Position numbers and translations under genes: made by a program | Shown here: positions 49,501 through 58,740 of the stretch, in pieces | Position numbering within the stretch: the first letter of the stretch is position 1 | How the letters are laid out: every line of letters starts with the position of its first letter | The notes under the pieces: model-generated | What the model was told of the DNA's origin: nothing | What the model saw: only the letters and a program-made list of their open reading frames with translations | Databases searched by the model: none | Source: Strigamia acuminata | Taxonomy: Eukaryota | Assembly: GCA_949358305.1 (NCBI GenBank) | Contig: OX442314.1 | Coordinates: 33,542,001-33,606,000 of the forward strand | Reading direction: 5' to 3' | DNA length: 64,000 bases

Positions 49501-49622
49501 GCAAAAAATTAGGGCATTGGCAAAAAGACTGCCCTTCCTCTAAAAAGGACAAACCAGTGTCAACAGCTGAGTTTGAAAAAGCAGTCAAGATCATAACTGA
49601 CATGTTTCGAAAAAACTTGTAG
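46599..49622 (+). CDS. gag: Gag (1007 aa): N-terminal AT-hook-like motif, coiled coil, capsid-like region, CCHC knuckle
   Basis: KRPRGRP at the N-terminus; LVGGVKEWF...WDDFVKQFMFKF...LKQRKGESLHSY retrotransposon-gag pattern; CNLCKKLGHWQKDC. Confidence 0.92.
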   Translation: MATPSEKRPRGRPAKRRVAIDLPVVDQEVTESQELFEAMDQTANCNSAQLIVNEFTQALERQQPSPPSGQLDLNNPTGSGRSKSQNDDLNLRIQSSSAEHSLNSSPVQGAAQQDSENSNMEVSHSPVRVTMMDALREQARLEGVIVTSEMTVEQIHKAMVRKQSQKDVEIVRTSLQAEFERMHAEMQQQNAELKQQRANNHVKLLQLEQEKASWLITDEEQQQRLEQLNQAQKDLEIANENLRLANANLREANTNLMTAELTAPVRAREEIPSTSRNYENHAAEQAARAKRLAQRENEVFLARQQSVIDAGQAAKSQSTAEQLLRADLAAQARENEILRADLLTVQENFAVVVQKVQDVCGEDNFAKPAPVLQKGASKSPELIDLTSAKPKVSRQSSWTDSDDSRSSRGSRNSHHSRKKRKRQPDPTEYHSPKVPQNSDRFFSNSDQLIGLLAKKNKEREKPHDRGRSHDNPREGSPKRDCHNDIRDGPRYRGNPPGGDPPGGDSSDGHGGGHSRDHNSNGNRNGRGPPNGDRRPPDGDDPPDPDPPPNPNHESASDTDSSRPSVRGRSRHRTRSRTQRPDFYTKDEIDQLLRQNAQQQRKSRRDKIILQKISEFTSDKWTHQTTDEKFIRWDRVIPHAYNGNWQAGSNLLLEIFELGKVHSFSCEGALAHLVPRILVGGVKEWFRRKDFTKWDDFVKQFMFKFGESSEDIKTLWRCLKQRKGESLHSYMLRAENLLGRMPHAVTDATADDQFRAGLTEYSKNILMMSDAPDPGKFSELNEFMEVNQLRIDEKYKAYLTESERSAYLKREKRLAEQNNETFNGLKLLQPPSYEDFLDEVDEKSSKKESSKKDVKNPHSVPKLHANITGAETPSSEAEEAEEEEEAGDETLALLAKAAALLAKNNPVAGKWKPKMKPKNVSFDASKVNTERNSKSPAVSPERRSDARSRSASPAATKKKSPATDPCNLCKKLGHWQKDCPSSKKDKPVSTAEFEKAVKIITDMFRKNL

Positions 49623-49656
49623 ACGCAGATCCATCAGGTCTAGTGGACGCTGCGTC
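49610..49656 (+). promoter_or_regulatory. -1 programmed ribosomal frameshift signal (gag-pol)
   Basis: Slippery A_AAA_AAC (49610-16) in the gag frame, 5-nt spacer, stem GACGCAG (49622-28)/CTGCGTC (49650-56) with inner TCCA/TGGA pairing. The -1 frame is open into pol. Confidence 0.85.
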
Positions 49657-52600
49657 ACCTCCGAAATCGGAATCAGAGAATGAAAATCTGAAGATAATGG
49701 AAGATGTTGGAGAAGCTATTGATGAATTAATTCGTCAAACTGAACTAAAAGAAAATGGATCTCTTGATGTAAAAAAGGAGATTGTCGGCGAAACCCCGAC
49801 TGAAGAAGACACTTCCAATATTCAAGATAAAGTCGAAGTTAAAGACGATAGACCAAGCTCAGTTCCAGAGACACCTGGAATTGAGGAATGCATTAAGTTA
49901 TTTGCAACTACAACTCTTGATACCAATGAGTTATTAGATGAATTGCCTTTGGAGCCTCCAATTACAATTCCTCATAAATTGCGCAAGTTTGAGTGCAAAG
50001 TGGCTGGAATACCAAACAGCCAAGACCTTCCGACGTTAAAGTTAGAAACGTTAAAAGGTGTAATAACCGGAATGTTGGACTCAGGAGCAAATAAAAGCTT
50101 CCTAGCCACTTCAGTTATTAATCAATTAGGTCTAGAAAAATATCTACGACCTATCGGACCTGGTGTCAGAGTCACGACGGCAAGTGAAGAAGTCACTCCA
50201 GATGGAACCATTCATCTTTCATTTCGATGGACACATGGCACGTTACGTCATCCGTTCATCGTAATACCAAATAAGTATCCAATGGTACTATTGGGTTGCG
50301 ATTTTATGAATAAATTAAAAATCCAACCTAATCCACAGACGATGTCTTGGAATTTCACGCAACCTGTGGATGCAGATTTACCCTACATTCCACAAGCGTT
50401 GCTGGATCGTTATTTGGAGAAAATAGAGGAACCCGATTCCTCATTTGTGACCTTTGCAAAAGCTTACGCTGCAAGTGTAACTCAAAGCAAAATTGATGAA
50501 GAGAATTTCATCCAAAAGTTAGTCAAAGAAGCTAACTTAAATTTGGAGCAATCCAAATTATTAGAAAAGATGTTATCCAAACATAAAAGGATTATTTCTA
50601 AAGATCCAGGTAAAACACACCTGGTTAAGCACAAAATTGAGCTTGACACGGAGAAACCCATCCGTGTCCCCTTTAAGAGCATAAACCCTCAAAAAAGGGA
50701 AATAATCAGACAACTTTGTCAAGACATGATTGACAAAGGCGTAGTCGTCAAAGCTGAAGGCGATTACGGAATGAGGCCAGTCCTAGTCATGCGACCAGGA
50801 AACGACCCACGCTTGTGCATTGATTTTCGCCCCATCAATACACATACTAAGTACAACCCACCTCAAATGCCAACAATTGAGGAAATTCTGCGAGAAATCG
50901 GAGAATTCGAGTGGGTCAGTACTATAGATCTGACCAAGGGATATTGGCAGATAGAATTGCGCCCTGAAGACAGAGAAAAAACTGCCTTCTGGAGCCCAAT
51001 GGGAAGACTAATGTTTTTAGTCATGCCTTTCGGATTAGTAAACGCACCAACTACCTTCCAAGAATTGATGGAAAAAGTTTTGGGTGACGTTTACAGAAAA
51101 TTTGCATGGGCATATTTGGATGACATAATTGTTGTATCTAAATCGTTCGAAGAACACATTAAACATTTAGATATAGTGTTTAAAAAATTGGCAGAAGCTA
51201 ATTTACATGCGCATCCTGGCAAGACGCATCTCTGTAGAAAGGAATTAATTTTTCTAGGCTACAAAGTAGGAGTAGAAGGACTTGCAGTAGACCCTAAAAA
51301 AGTCGCTGCAATTACGCAATTTCCGGCTCCTACCAATCTTAAGGAATTACAAAGATTTCTAGGCATGGTGAATTTCTTTCACCGCCTAATCAAGAATTTG
51401 GCCACAGTGGCAGAACCACTAAGGCCACTCTTGAAGAAAGATGCGGAGTTCGATTGGGAACTGCATCATCAAGCAGCATTCGACGCAATAAAAGACCTGC
51501 TTACGAATGCTGAAACAATGAAGATGCCTGACTTGTACATGCCATTTATTGTTCATACTGACGCCAGTAAACAAGGGTTGGGTGCAGCCCTTACACAAAA
51601 GAAAATTGTGGATGGCCAAGAAGTCGAAATGCCATGCGTGTATGCAAGCAGAAGCTTGCAACCCGCTGAAAAGAATTATACTGTGACAGAATTAGAATGT
51701 CTCGCAGTAGTATGGGGATTACGCAAATTTCGCCCATACTTAGAGTACACTACATTCACTGTACAAACGGATCACCAAGCACTTAAGTGGTTGATGTCGT
51801 TATCTGACCCGTCGGGCAGATTAGCTCGTTGGCAAATGGAGCTAATGGCGTATTCGTTCGAAATACAATACGTCAAAGGTCCGCTGAATGTAATAGCAGA
51901 CGCATTGTCACGTGCACCTGTCAGCGCACCTGACGAACCAGAAGACGATGGCGATAATGATGATTTATTATCATATTGTCCATCTCCTTGCCGAAGTTGG
52001 CAAATGGGAAAATTGAACGAATTACCCAAGTCAATAATAGTTAATGACGACGATCAAGCATTAATTAATTTTTGTATTAACATGCATGATCCGTCAGGAA
52101 CCCCTGACGTCGAATTAAGAGCTATGATGGCTAAAAAATTCGAGCTGCCAACAACAAATGTTTTAATTAAAGCATTTGCAGCTAAAATTGCGAAGCAATT
52201 AGAATGTGATCCTCCAACGAGAGATGACATTATTGCAGCGCAAAAAGCAGACGAATTTTGCCAACATATTCGCAATTACTTGCTAAACAAGCAATATCCA
52301 AGTTACATAGTAACTCGTCTTCAAAGAAGAAACTTTGAAAGACACGCGAGTACTTATCTCATTGAAGAAGATATGCTACTCCATTATCATCCTACCTCCA
52401 CCGATGAATTGGGAGAGGATGGTAGGGCACTTAAAGTTGTTGTGCCAAGAAAATTGATTTATAAAATCATTTGGTTGATGCACGGACATCCACTGTCCGG
52501 CCACCCAGGCATTGCGAGGACAATGTACCGAACTCGAAGAGTTTATACCTGGAAAGGTATGAAACGTGATATTACACGTTTTATTCAACATTGTCAAGGA

Positions 52601-53869
52601 TGTCAGGCATGTAAGCCGAGATCAAAGACCGAAATTGAAGGCGCTCAAATTGGACCATTTGGACCATTTGACTGCCTCAGTGTGGATTTGTCTGGTCCCA
52701 AACCAAGAACCAGAAAAAACAATACCCACATTTGCGTCATCGTAGATGTCGCTACACATTGGCCCGAATTATTTCCAATGTGTAATCCAACGGCAATAAA
52801 AGTTGCCAACACAATTTATCACTTATCAATGACTTTCGGATTTCCGAGACAAATCATAAGTGATAATGGACCACAATTTCGATCACAGGTCTATAAAGAA
52901 TTTTGCAAAAAATTCGACATGTCGCGAACACCGACATCGATTTATCATCCACAAAGCAATCCTGTGGAGAGAACCAATCGAGATATTAAATATTTAGTTT
53001 CGATTTATTTAGATATTCATGACCAATGGGATGAGTATCTACGCGAATTTGCATTCAGTTTGAGAACAACTGTAACAAGAGGCAGAGATTATTCTCCTGC
53101 TTTCTTAAATTTTTTCCGAGAATTAAGAATTCCTTGGGATCCAAGAATTCCGGAAGGAATTTTAGTCATTGATCCAAAAAATCCGCATTTATATGTTCAG
53201 AAATTAGAAACAATAATTGCAGAGACGTATCAGCATATGATGTCTCACGTCTTAGATTTGAGACGCCGTGTCGAAGCTGAAAAATCAGATAAGAAATTCG
53301 ACAACTTCAGACAAAATGATTTAGTCTGGCGAGAGTCTCATATTCTCTCAAATGCCGCTAAAGGAATAGCAGCAGGCATTTCACCGAAAAGGAATGGGCC
53401 TTATGTAATTATCAAAAGGTTACAAGGAGGCGCCTTTCAACTTCGACGGCTGAGTGATAATAAAATTTATCCAGCTGTTCACGGCACTGAATTAATGCCG
53501 TACTTTCCCGTTTTCAACCAAGAAATTTGGCTGGAAGGGGAGGAAGTGGGTCAAAAAACAAAGAATATTGTTAATACCTTGGATGATGCTAAATTATCCA
53601 AAATTCCTGTCGAAAACACGGAATCGAGTAAAAAATCGAAACTCAAAAATAACGAAGTCGATGAAATAAACCAGCGACTTGAAAATGTTTCTCTTGATGA
53701 AAATCTAGAAAAGGAAATGTTTTTAGAAAAAGAGAAAATTTCAAACAATGAAGTATATAACTCATCTGACATTGGAGACGATGCTGATGACAATCTAAAC
53801 AAGTTGGATTGTACTTCGCGAAAGTCAAAGTACAACTTGAGATCTCGCGTTCCGCGAGCCAAGACATAG
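49616..53869 (+). CDS. pol: Gypsy Pol (protease, RT, RNase H, integrase)
   Basis: LDSGA; RLCIDFR, DLTKGYWQI, MPFGLVNAP, YLDD; HTDAS, ELECLAVVW, TDHQAL, ADALSR; H-x6-H...CQGC, VDLSGP, SDNG, ERTN; GPY. Confidence 0.97.
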   Translation, partial: LVDADPSGLVDAASPPKSESENENLKIMEDVGEAIDELIRQTELKENGSLDVKKEIVGETPTEEDTSNIQDKVEVKDDRPSSVPETPGIEECIKLFATTTLDTNELLDELPLEPPITIPHKLRKFECKVAGIPNSQDLPTLKLETLKGVITGMLDSGANKSFLATSVINQLGLEKYLRPIGPGVRVTTASEEVTPDGTIHLSFRWTHGTLRHPFIVIPNKYPMVLLGCDFMNKLKIQPNPQTMSWNFTQPVDADLPYIPQALLDRYLEKIEEPDSSFVTFAKAYAASVTQSKIDEENFIQKLVKEANLNLEQSKLLEKMLSKHKRIISKDPGKTHLVKHKIELDTEKPIRVPFKSINPQKREIIRQLCQDMIDKGVVVKAEGDYGMRPVLVMRPGNDPRLCIDFRPINTHTKYNPPQMPTIEEILREIGEFEWVSTIDLTKGYWQIELRPEDREKTAFWSPMGRLMFLVMPFGLVNAPTTFQELMEKVLGDVYRKFAWAYLDDIIVVSKSFEEHIKHLDIVFKKLAEANLHAHPGKTHLCRKELIFLGYKVGVEGLAVDPKKVAAITQFPAPTNLKELQRFLGMVNFFHRLIKNLATVAEPLRPLLKKDAEFDWELHHQAAFDAIKDLLTNAETMKMPDLYMPFIVHTDASKQGLGAALTQKKIVDGQEVEMPCVYASRSLQPAEKNYTVTELECLAVVWGLRKFRPYLEYTTFTVQTDHQALKWLMSLSDPSGRLARWQMELMAYSFEIQYVKGPLNVIADALSRAPVSAPDEPEDDGDNDDLLSYCPSPCRSWQMGKLNELPKSIIVNDDDQALINFCINMHDPSGTPDVELRAMMAKKFELPTTNVLIKAFAAKIAKQLECDPPTRDDIIAAQKADEFCQHIRNYLLNKQYPSYIVTRLQRRNFERHASTYLIEEDMLLHYHPTSTDELGEDGRALKVVVPRKLIYKIIWLMHGHPLSGHPGIARTMYRTRRVYTWKGMKRDITRFIQHCQGCQACKPRSKTEIEGAQIGPFGPFDCLSVDLSGPKPRTRKNNTHICVIVDVATHWPELFPMCNPTAIKVANTIYHLSMTFGFPRQIISDNGPQFRSQVYKEFCKKFDMSRTPTSIYHPQSNPVERTNRDIKYLVSIYLDIHDQWDEYLREFAFSLRTTVTRGRDYSPAFLNFFRELRIPWDPRIPEGILVIDPKNPHLYVQKLETIIAETYQHMMSHVLDLRRRVEAEKSDKKFDNFRQNDLVWRESHILSNAAKGIAAGISPKRNGPYVIIKRLQGGAFQLRRLSDNKIYPAVHGTELMPYFPVFNQEIWLEGEEVGQKTKNIVNTLDDAKLSKIPVENTESSKKSKLKNNEVDEINQRLENVSLDENLEKEMFLEKEKISNNEVYNSSDIGDDADDNLNKLDCTSRKSKYNLRSRVPRAKT

Positions 53870-53921
53870 TGTTGTCTTTCACCTTTTGGGTTTACCCAAA
53901 AGATCCGAGAAAGCAATCTCG

Positions 53922-54026
53922 TGACGTCATTCGTAGTACCCGCTCAACGTTAATCATACGTTATAATTAGTGACGTCACAAAGCGTCTCTAATCCAAGTT
54001 CGTGTTTGCAATCAACGAACTTAGTC
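53922..54026 (+). promoter_or_regulatory. Candidate internal promoter for ORF3
   Basis: Two perfect TGACGTCA (CRE) palindromes at 53922 and 53971, and an initiator-like TTAGTC at 54021, about 30 nt before ATG 54052. Confidence 0.45.
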
Positions 54027-54051
54027 ACTTTTTCAAAAGTTTCGAGAGTGT

Positions 54052-56847
54052 ATGCATCGCATCGCCTACGTTACGACCCGAATAGTTCGACAACCTGATC
54101 GTAAGTAATTTTTCTGTATGAAAAATTTGATAAAACATAAGATTTATGTATTATTTCTCTTTCAAGACGAAAGAATTTCCGAAATTACCGGAAAACGAAA
54201 GAGAATGGACGAGGAAGCGATCCAACTCCAGGCGGACGGAGAAATGCCCATGGAAGGGGCAAATGAAGACGTTCAATTGACGCTTCAACAACGGGTAAAT
54301 TATTAGAATAAATTTTTACCAAGTGTTTAAGTCAGAAAAATTGAGTAATTTCACTTTTCCTGACTTCAAACACAAGCCGCTAAAAAATAAAAATGGCGGC
54401 TATAAAAGTCACGTGCTTCAAGCATGTGCGAAGGGAGTTGCCATGACAACCAACATCCCTTAGTGACTCACAGCCACAAGCGCTAAGCTTAAAAAATATT
54501 TCAAATAAGAAATTATTTGTTTATTTTTAAATAAACTAATTTATTTATTTTTCTTCGAATATAGATCGAGAGGGATCGAGAAACACCATTCGCGCTTCCC
54601 GATCACGTGCCGACTCAGCACCCGCTGATTTTTCGAGCGGCATTGCCCGAAAAAATCAGAAGACTGAAGACGGCAAACAATACCTGGTGGAAGTTGCGCC
54701 ACGACTTCAGCAGATCAGCGCTGCAAGGATTTGGTGCAAAAGGAAGATTCATCGAGCGCCTTCACGTGGACGGTGTCGACGAAATCGAGTGGACGCTCGA
54801 CGAGAGCCCCCCAGGACCGCTTGCAGCAGAGTTGCTGCACAACCAGTGGCCAGTGACGCCACGAGAGCGTCACGAGCGCAGAAGAGCGCTAAAGAGTACC
54901 GGAATTAATTACGGTGCTCTAACCCAATTGAGGAAGAACCTCAAGACGACACAACGCGAAGTCGTTAAACGGTATCGCAAATCCGTTCGTGACGGGAACC
55001 CACAACTTCCCGTCACACAAACCGAGCTCCACCAGTTGGCGCTCGCCGGGTGTTTTAACGATTTTCCGGGATTTTTCCCGTCCAAAGCACTCCGAGCTGC
55101 CGCGGTGCAGCTTCGCGTCGACGAAAATCGACAACTGGCTCGAGAACACGAGGCAGAGGAGCAAGCGCGTTGCGCTCTCCCTTTTTATCAAGAAGATGAA
55201 ATTCCGGCCCCAGCGGCCATCAATCCTCCGCCGCAAGACGAGGATTTGAGGGTGGGGCAACTCCCTCCGCCGGTTCCAGTCCGACCGATGTTCCGCGAAT
55301 CAAGCCGCGATCGAGAGGAACGTCAGAGGCGATCACGCCCATATTCGACTGACGCGCAGCCATCACGCCCGCAGTCGCGACGAGGACGGACACCAGAGTC
55401 GTTTGGCTCGTCGTCTTCGCTGAGTTTCGAATCGGACTCCACAATTAAGTCCGCCCGAAGTAGCCGAACCGCCTCCACGTTCAAAGTGGACAACCCGGCT
55501 ACTCCATACGCCATGAGACGTGTCGTCGGTGATATTTCTCCCGACTGTAGTGTGCCTGTACCTGGACACGCTAGCCGCTTGCCCGAACAAGGTTATGTTT
55601 CCCGCTTGCCGGCTGGAGTTAGCAACCTGCAACTCCGGCCATTTTTCAGTGAGTCGTTCGGCCCACAATGGACCTGCTACGAGCAGCAACCCATTAGAGC
55701 GCAGCAGGAAGTGCTCCAGAAGCTGGACGCATACCAAAGCGCCCAGATCGCCGAGTCACAGAAGGACTGGCAGAGACTAGCTGAAAGGCTAGAAGTCTCC
55801 GACATCAATACCATTGATGATCCCCGCCTGATGGATTTTCAGCGTCAGCTAATTCCGGGGATGACTAGGGTGTTGTACCCTGGTGTTCTTCCTTCGCCAG
55901 GACAGGCGTTAGCGGCCATTACGTACCTTTGGACCGCGCCGATGGGCCTGTCGGAGAAGAAAGTCGAGCTGTGGTACCACCTCAGGCTCGACCCGCCTAC
56001 GATCTTAGCCGAGCTAATAAAGCAAGTCGTAGCAAACGGTGAGACCGAAGAAGAGGCCGCCGTTCGGTTGCGAACCGAGTGGTCCTTTGCGAAGGCCACG
56101 GCGCGAATGACCGGAAGACCACCGCTTCCAGTTACAAGCGCCACAGCAGCTGCGTCACTGGCTGTTTTCCAGTCGGCCCAAGAGGGCGCTGGATGTTCAT
56201 TTTGGCCAGAGAACGCCGGAAGTTCTCAAACTCCAGCCGGAGTTCAACGGGTAGTCGAAACCCGTCAGCTCCCCGGTGTGGGTCGAGCACCGGGACGAGG
56301 CGTCACACCCTCGTCAACCTCCGCACCCGCGTTGGTTTTCTTGGGCCCGCAGTGCCATTTTGACGATGCCACGACGGAAGACTCACGTCCGCCGCCGCCG
56401 CCGCCAGCCAAGCCGGAGACGAAGGTCAAGCCGCTGAAAAAAGAGTCGGCTTTCAAGACCCTGATGCGCCTGTATCCGCACTTCTATTTGACGCCGGATA
56501 CGCGAACACTGCTTAGCAACAACCACAAGTTGTCGAGGCAGGTGTTTATGTGGCTCGAGGACCACATCCGGGTGTTAAGCCCACCATCAGTGCTCCACGA
56601 TCGACTCCTGAGAGCACGATTGGCGCCAGAGGATCCCATAGAGTTTGCGGCGCTAGGATTTTTCAACCGAGCGAACTCGGCGAGAATCATCCAGGTTTGG
56701 CTTCATGTCAACCCTGGAATGGTCTCCGGACCAAACGCAGGTCGCGACCTGTGTACGGTTAACGAGCGGTCCAACCCGAGGGACGACACCACGGATATGA
56801 TGCGCCCGTTGACGCCTGAGCGAACTCAGACCATGGACGAATCATAA
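54052..56847 (+). CDS. Spliced accessory ORF3 of unknown function (819 aa; not env-like)
   Basis: Exons 54052-54100, 54167-54294 and 54565-56847 join in frame (2460 nt). Introns GTAAGT...TTTCTCTTTCAAG (66 nt) and GTAAAT...TTCTTCGAATATAG (270 nt). The large exon is a 760-codon open frame with no early ATG. The exon-3 ORF is solid; the splicing is inferred. Confidence 0.75.
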
Positions 56848-56886
56848 ATTGGTTCGTTCATTTTCTCTCCATGTAAGATTCGTCTT

Positions 56887-56899
56887 AAATGGGGGGATG
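56887..56899 (+). promoter_or_regulatory. Polypurine tract
   Basis: AAATGGGGGGATG immediately before the 3' LTR. Confidence 0.8.
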
Positions 56900-57858
56900 T
56901 GTGGTGATCTCAAAATATTCACCAACTTAGAAGATTAAATTAATTATCTTCTAATTAATTTGACTGTGGCACACGCCAAGTCAGATCATGTGACCGAGGG
57001 GAGAAATCCTCTCTAGGCACATATCACCCCAGGTTGTCCGGGGTGAAAACGGTTATTAGCCGTTATGGTGCAATATGGTGTAATAACCACTAGTTGCACC
57101 CATTTGAGCTAAGTGCGCAGGTTTTCTGCGCAATATTGAAGCGTGCTGGGCTCGCGTCTTGGCTCAAATCGGCACTCTGAAAAATACAACAACAACCTCA
57201 ACATCACTGCGATATCTGCTCCGACAATACGTATTGATAGAGGACCGTTGTAACTCAGTTTCACCTGCTATCTTTGTGCCACCCAAAGCACAAAGCCAGC
57301 AATTCTGCTTGAATTAGCCGTAGCTAATTCCAGCAAACGAGAAGAAGAAGTTTCCCGACGATCGTGAACCATCGCCGTCGCTGCCGCGCGAACGACAGCC
57401 ACCGCCATCGTACGAGAGCCGGACGCCTACAGCCGTCAACCACCGCCGCCGAGCCGTCGCACGAGCCGTAGAAGGAGCCCACGAGAACCATCGTCTTCGA
57501 CCATCGTTCGTGAGTTCAGCAAACGAAGACAATTCGCCTTCGCCTAACAACTGTGTGTTGTTTAAGCGCCATTTTAGCGCTTTGTAGCTTGCAACAGTCG
57601 TTGCAAGCCCTTCCATTGTTCCCGCTCATTTCATTTCGCGACTTGTCGCCATTGTGATATTTGTAACTAGTCATTGTAATTTAAACGAATAAATACATAT
57701 TTGTGATTTTTATTAATAAAACTGTCTTTTTATTTCTTTTCCTTAAACTTAACCCCTAGATAATTTAAGGCCGCCGATTGTAAGTCTTTTATAGCATTCA
57801 CCTGCGGTTTCTGCTTAATTTATTAGAAATTAAGTGGATAAAAACCCGGATCGCAGCA
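56900..57858 (+). repeat. 3' LTR of Gypsy element
   Basis: Direct repeat of 45529-46487, followed by TSD AAGA. Confidence 0.97.
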
Positions 57859-58312
57859 AAGATTGCATAATGTTTGATGTAATTTTTGGTTCCACAGGCG
57901 CCTGATTGATGTAGTCCATAAAGTGATTTGGTCAAGAGTCAAGACACATGGATGCCGGCGCCGGCAGGTATCCGCAAATACACCTGACGTTCCAGTTCAC
58001 CGTACAGACACGCGCATTTTACGTATAAATGTGCGTCCTTCCAACCCTTAAGTACGACAAGAAGGCAAAAGAAGAAACGTATCAACACACAGTTTACAAG
58101 GGGACTGAAAACCTCATGAAAATCGATTCCCAATGTCTGATGGAATCCTTGTGCTACAAAGCACGTGCGCCAGCGTGAGATTTTCTCTGCAGCATCCATT
58201 TTTAAATGAAAACTCAATTTGCAGCGAAGAACTGTACAATTTAGTGGCCTGGGAACTTCCTTGTAGACATCACGTTTTTTAAACGTTGAAAATTCTTCAT
58301 GATTAGCCTCTT
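57859..58312 (-). mobile_element. Ty1/Copia RT relic between the Gypsy and BEL insertions
   Basis: EEFSTFKKRDVYKEVPRP...RWRTCFVAQGFHQTLGIDFHEVFSP...HLYVKCACLYGELERQVYLRIPAG (RVT_2 pattern). Confidence 0.88.
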
Positions 58313-58639
58313 TGTGAAAACTGGCGTTGTTAGAAGTAACAAGGTCGCACGAGTTCGAGGGAAAGAGCACGGCGCAGCACAGAGAAGCCAACCTGCAGGA
58401 GGTGTTTTTGAGTGATATTGGATGACGCGTGACCGGAAGTGCTGTAAAAGTGTCATAAATTATCTTGTTTCACCCTTTGTTCCCCTGAATTTGTACTTGT
58501 GACCCCCAGAAATTACAATAAACTTGTTCTTAACCCAAAAAAGACATGCTTTATTTCGAGAATTCATAAAAGTTAGAAAAGTAGTAAATTTACACAGTTT
58601 TAGTCAAAATTAGTTACAAATCGACTTTGCGAATCTTCA
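58313..58639 (+). repeat. 5' LTR (327 bp) of BEL/Pao element
   Basis: TGTGAAAACTGGCG...GAATCTTCA; the start is repeated at 63935; AATAAA near 58517. Confidence 0.9.
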
Positions 58640-58641
58640 AA

Positions 58642-58659
58642 TGGTGCCGAAACCCGGGA
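58642..58659 (+). promoter_or_regulatory. Primer-binding site, tRNA-Phe
   Basis: TGGTGCCGAAACCCGGGA is complementary to the 3' end of metazoan tRNA-Phe (TCCCGGGTTTCGGCACCA). Confidence 0.88.
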
Positions 58660-58740
58660 AAATCAGTGAATCCGGACAGAAATAAGTAGAAAACAGCATC
58701 GTAAAGCCGACCACGCCGAATTTTGACCGAAAATTTCAAG

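Larger units (their letters stand above)
45529..57858 (+). mobile_element. Full-length Ty3/Gypsy LTR retrotransposon (12.33 kb) with gag, pol and a third gene
   Basis: Two 959-bp LTRs (TG...CA), TSD AAGA (45525-28, 57859-62), PBS, PPT and intact ORFs, with PR-RT-RH-IN domain order. Confidence 0.97.

Noticed and set aside
54607..56847. Calling ORF3 an env gene
   Set aside because: No signal peptide, transmembrane helix or Cys-rich ectodomain visible.
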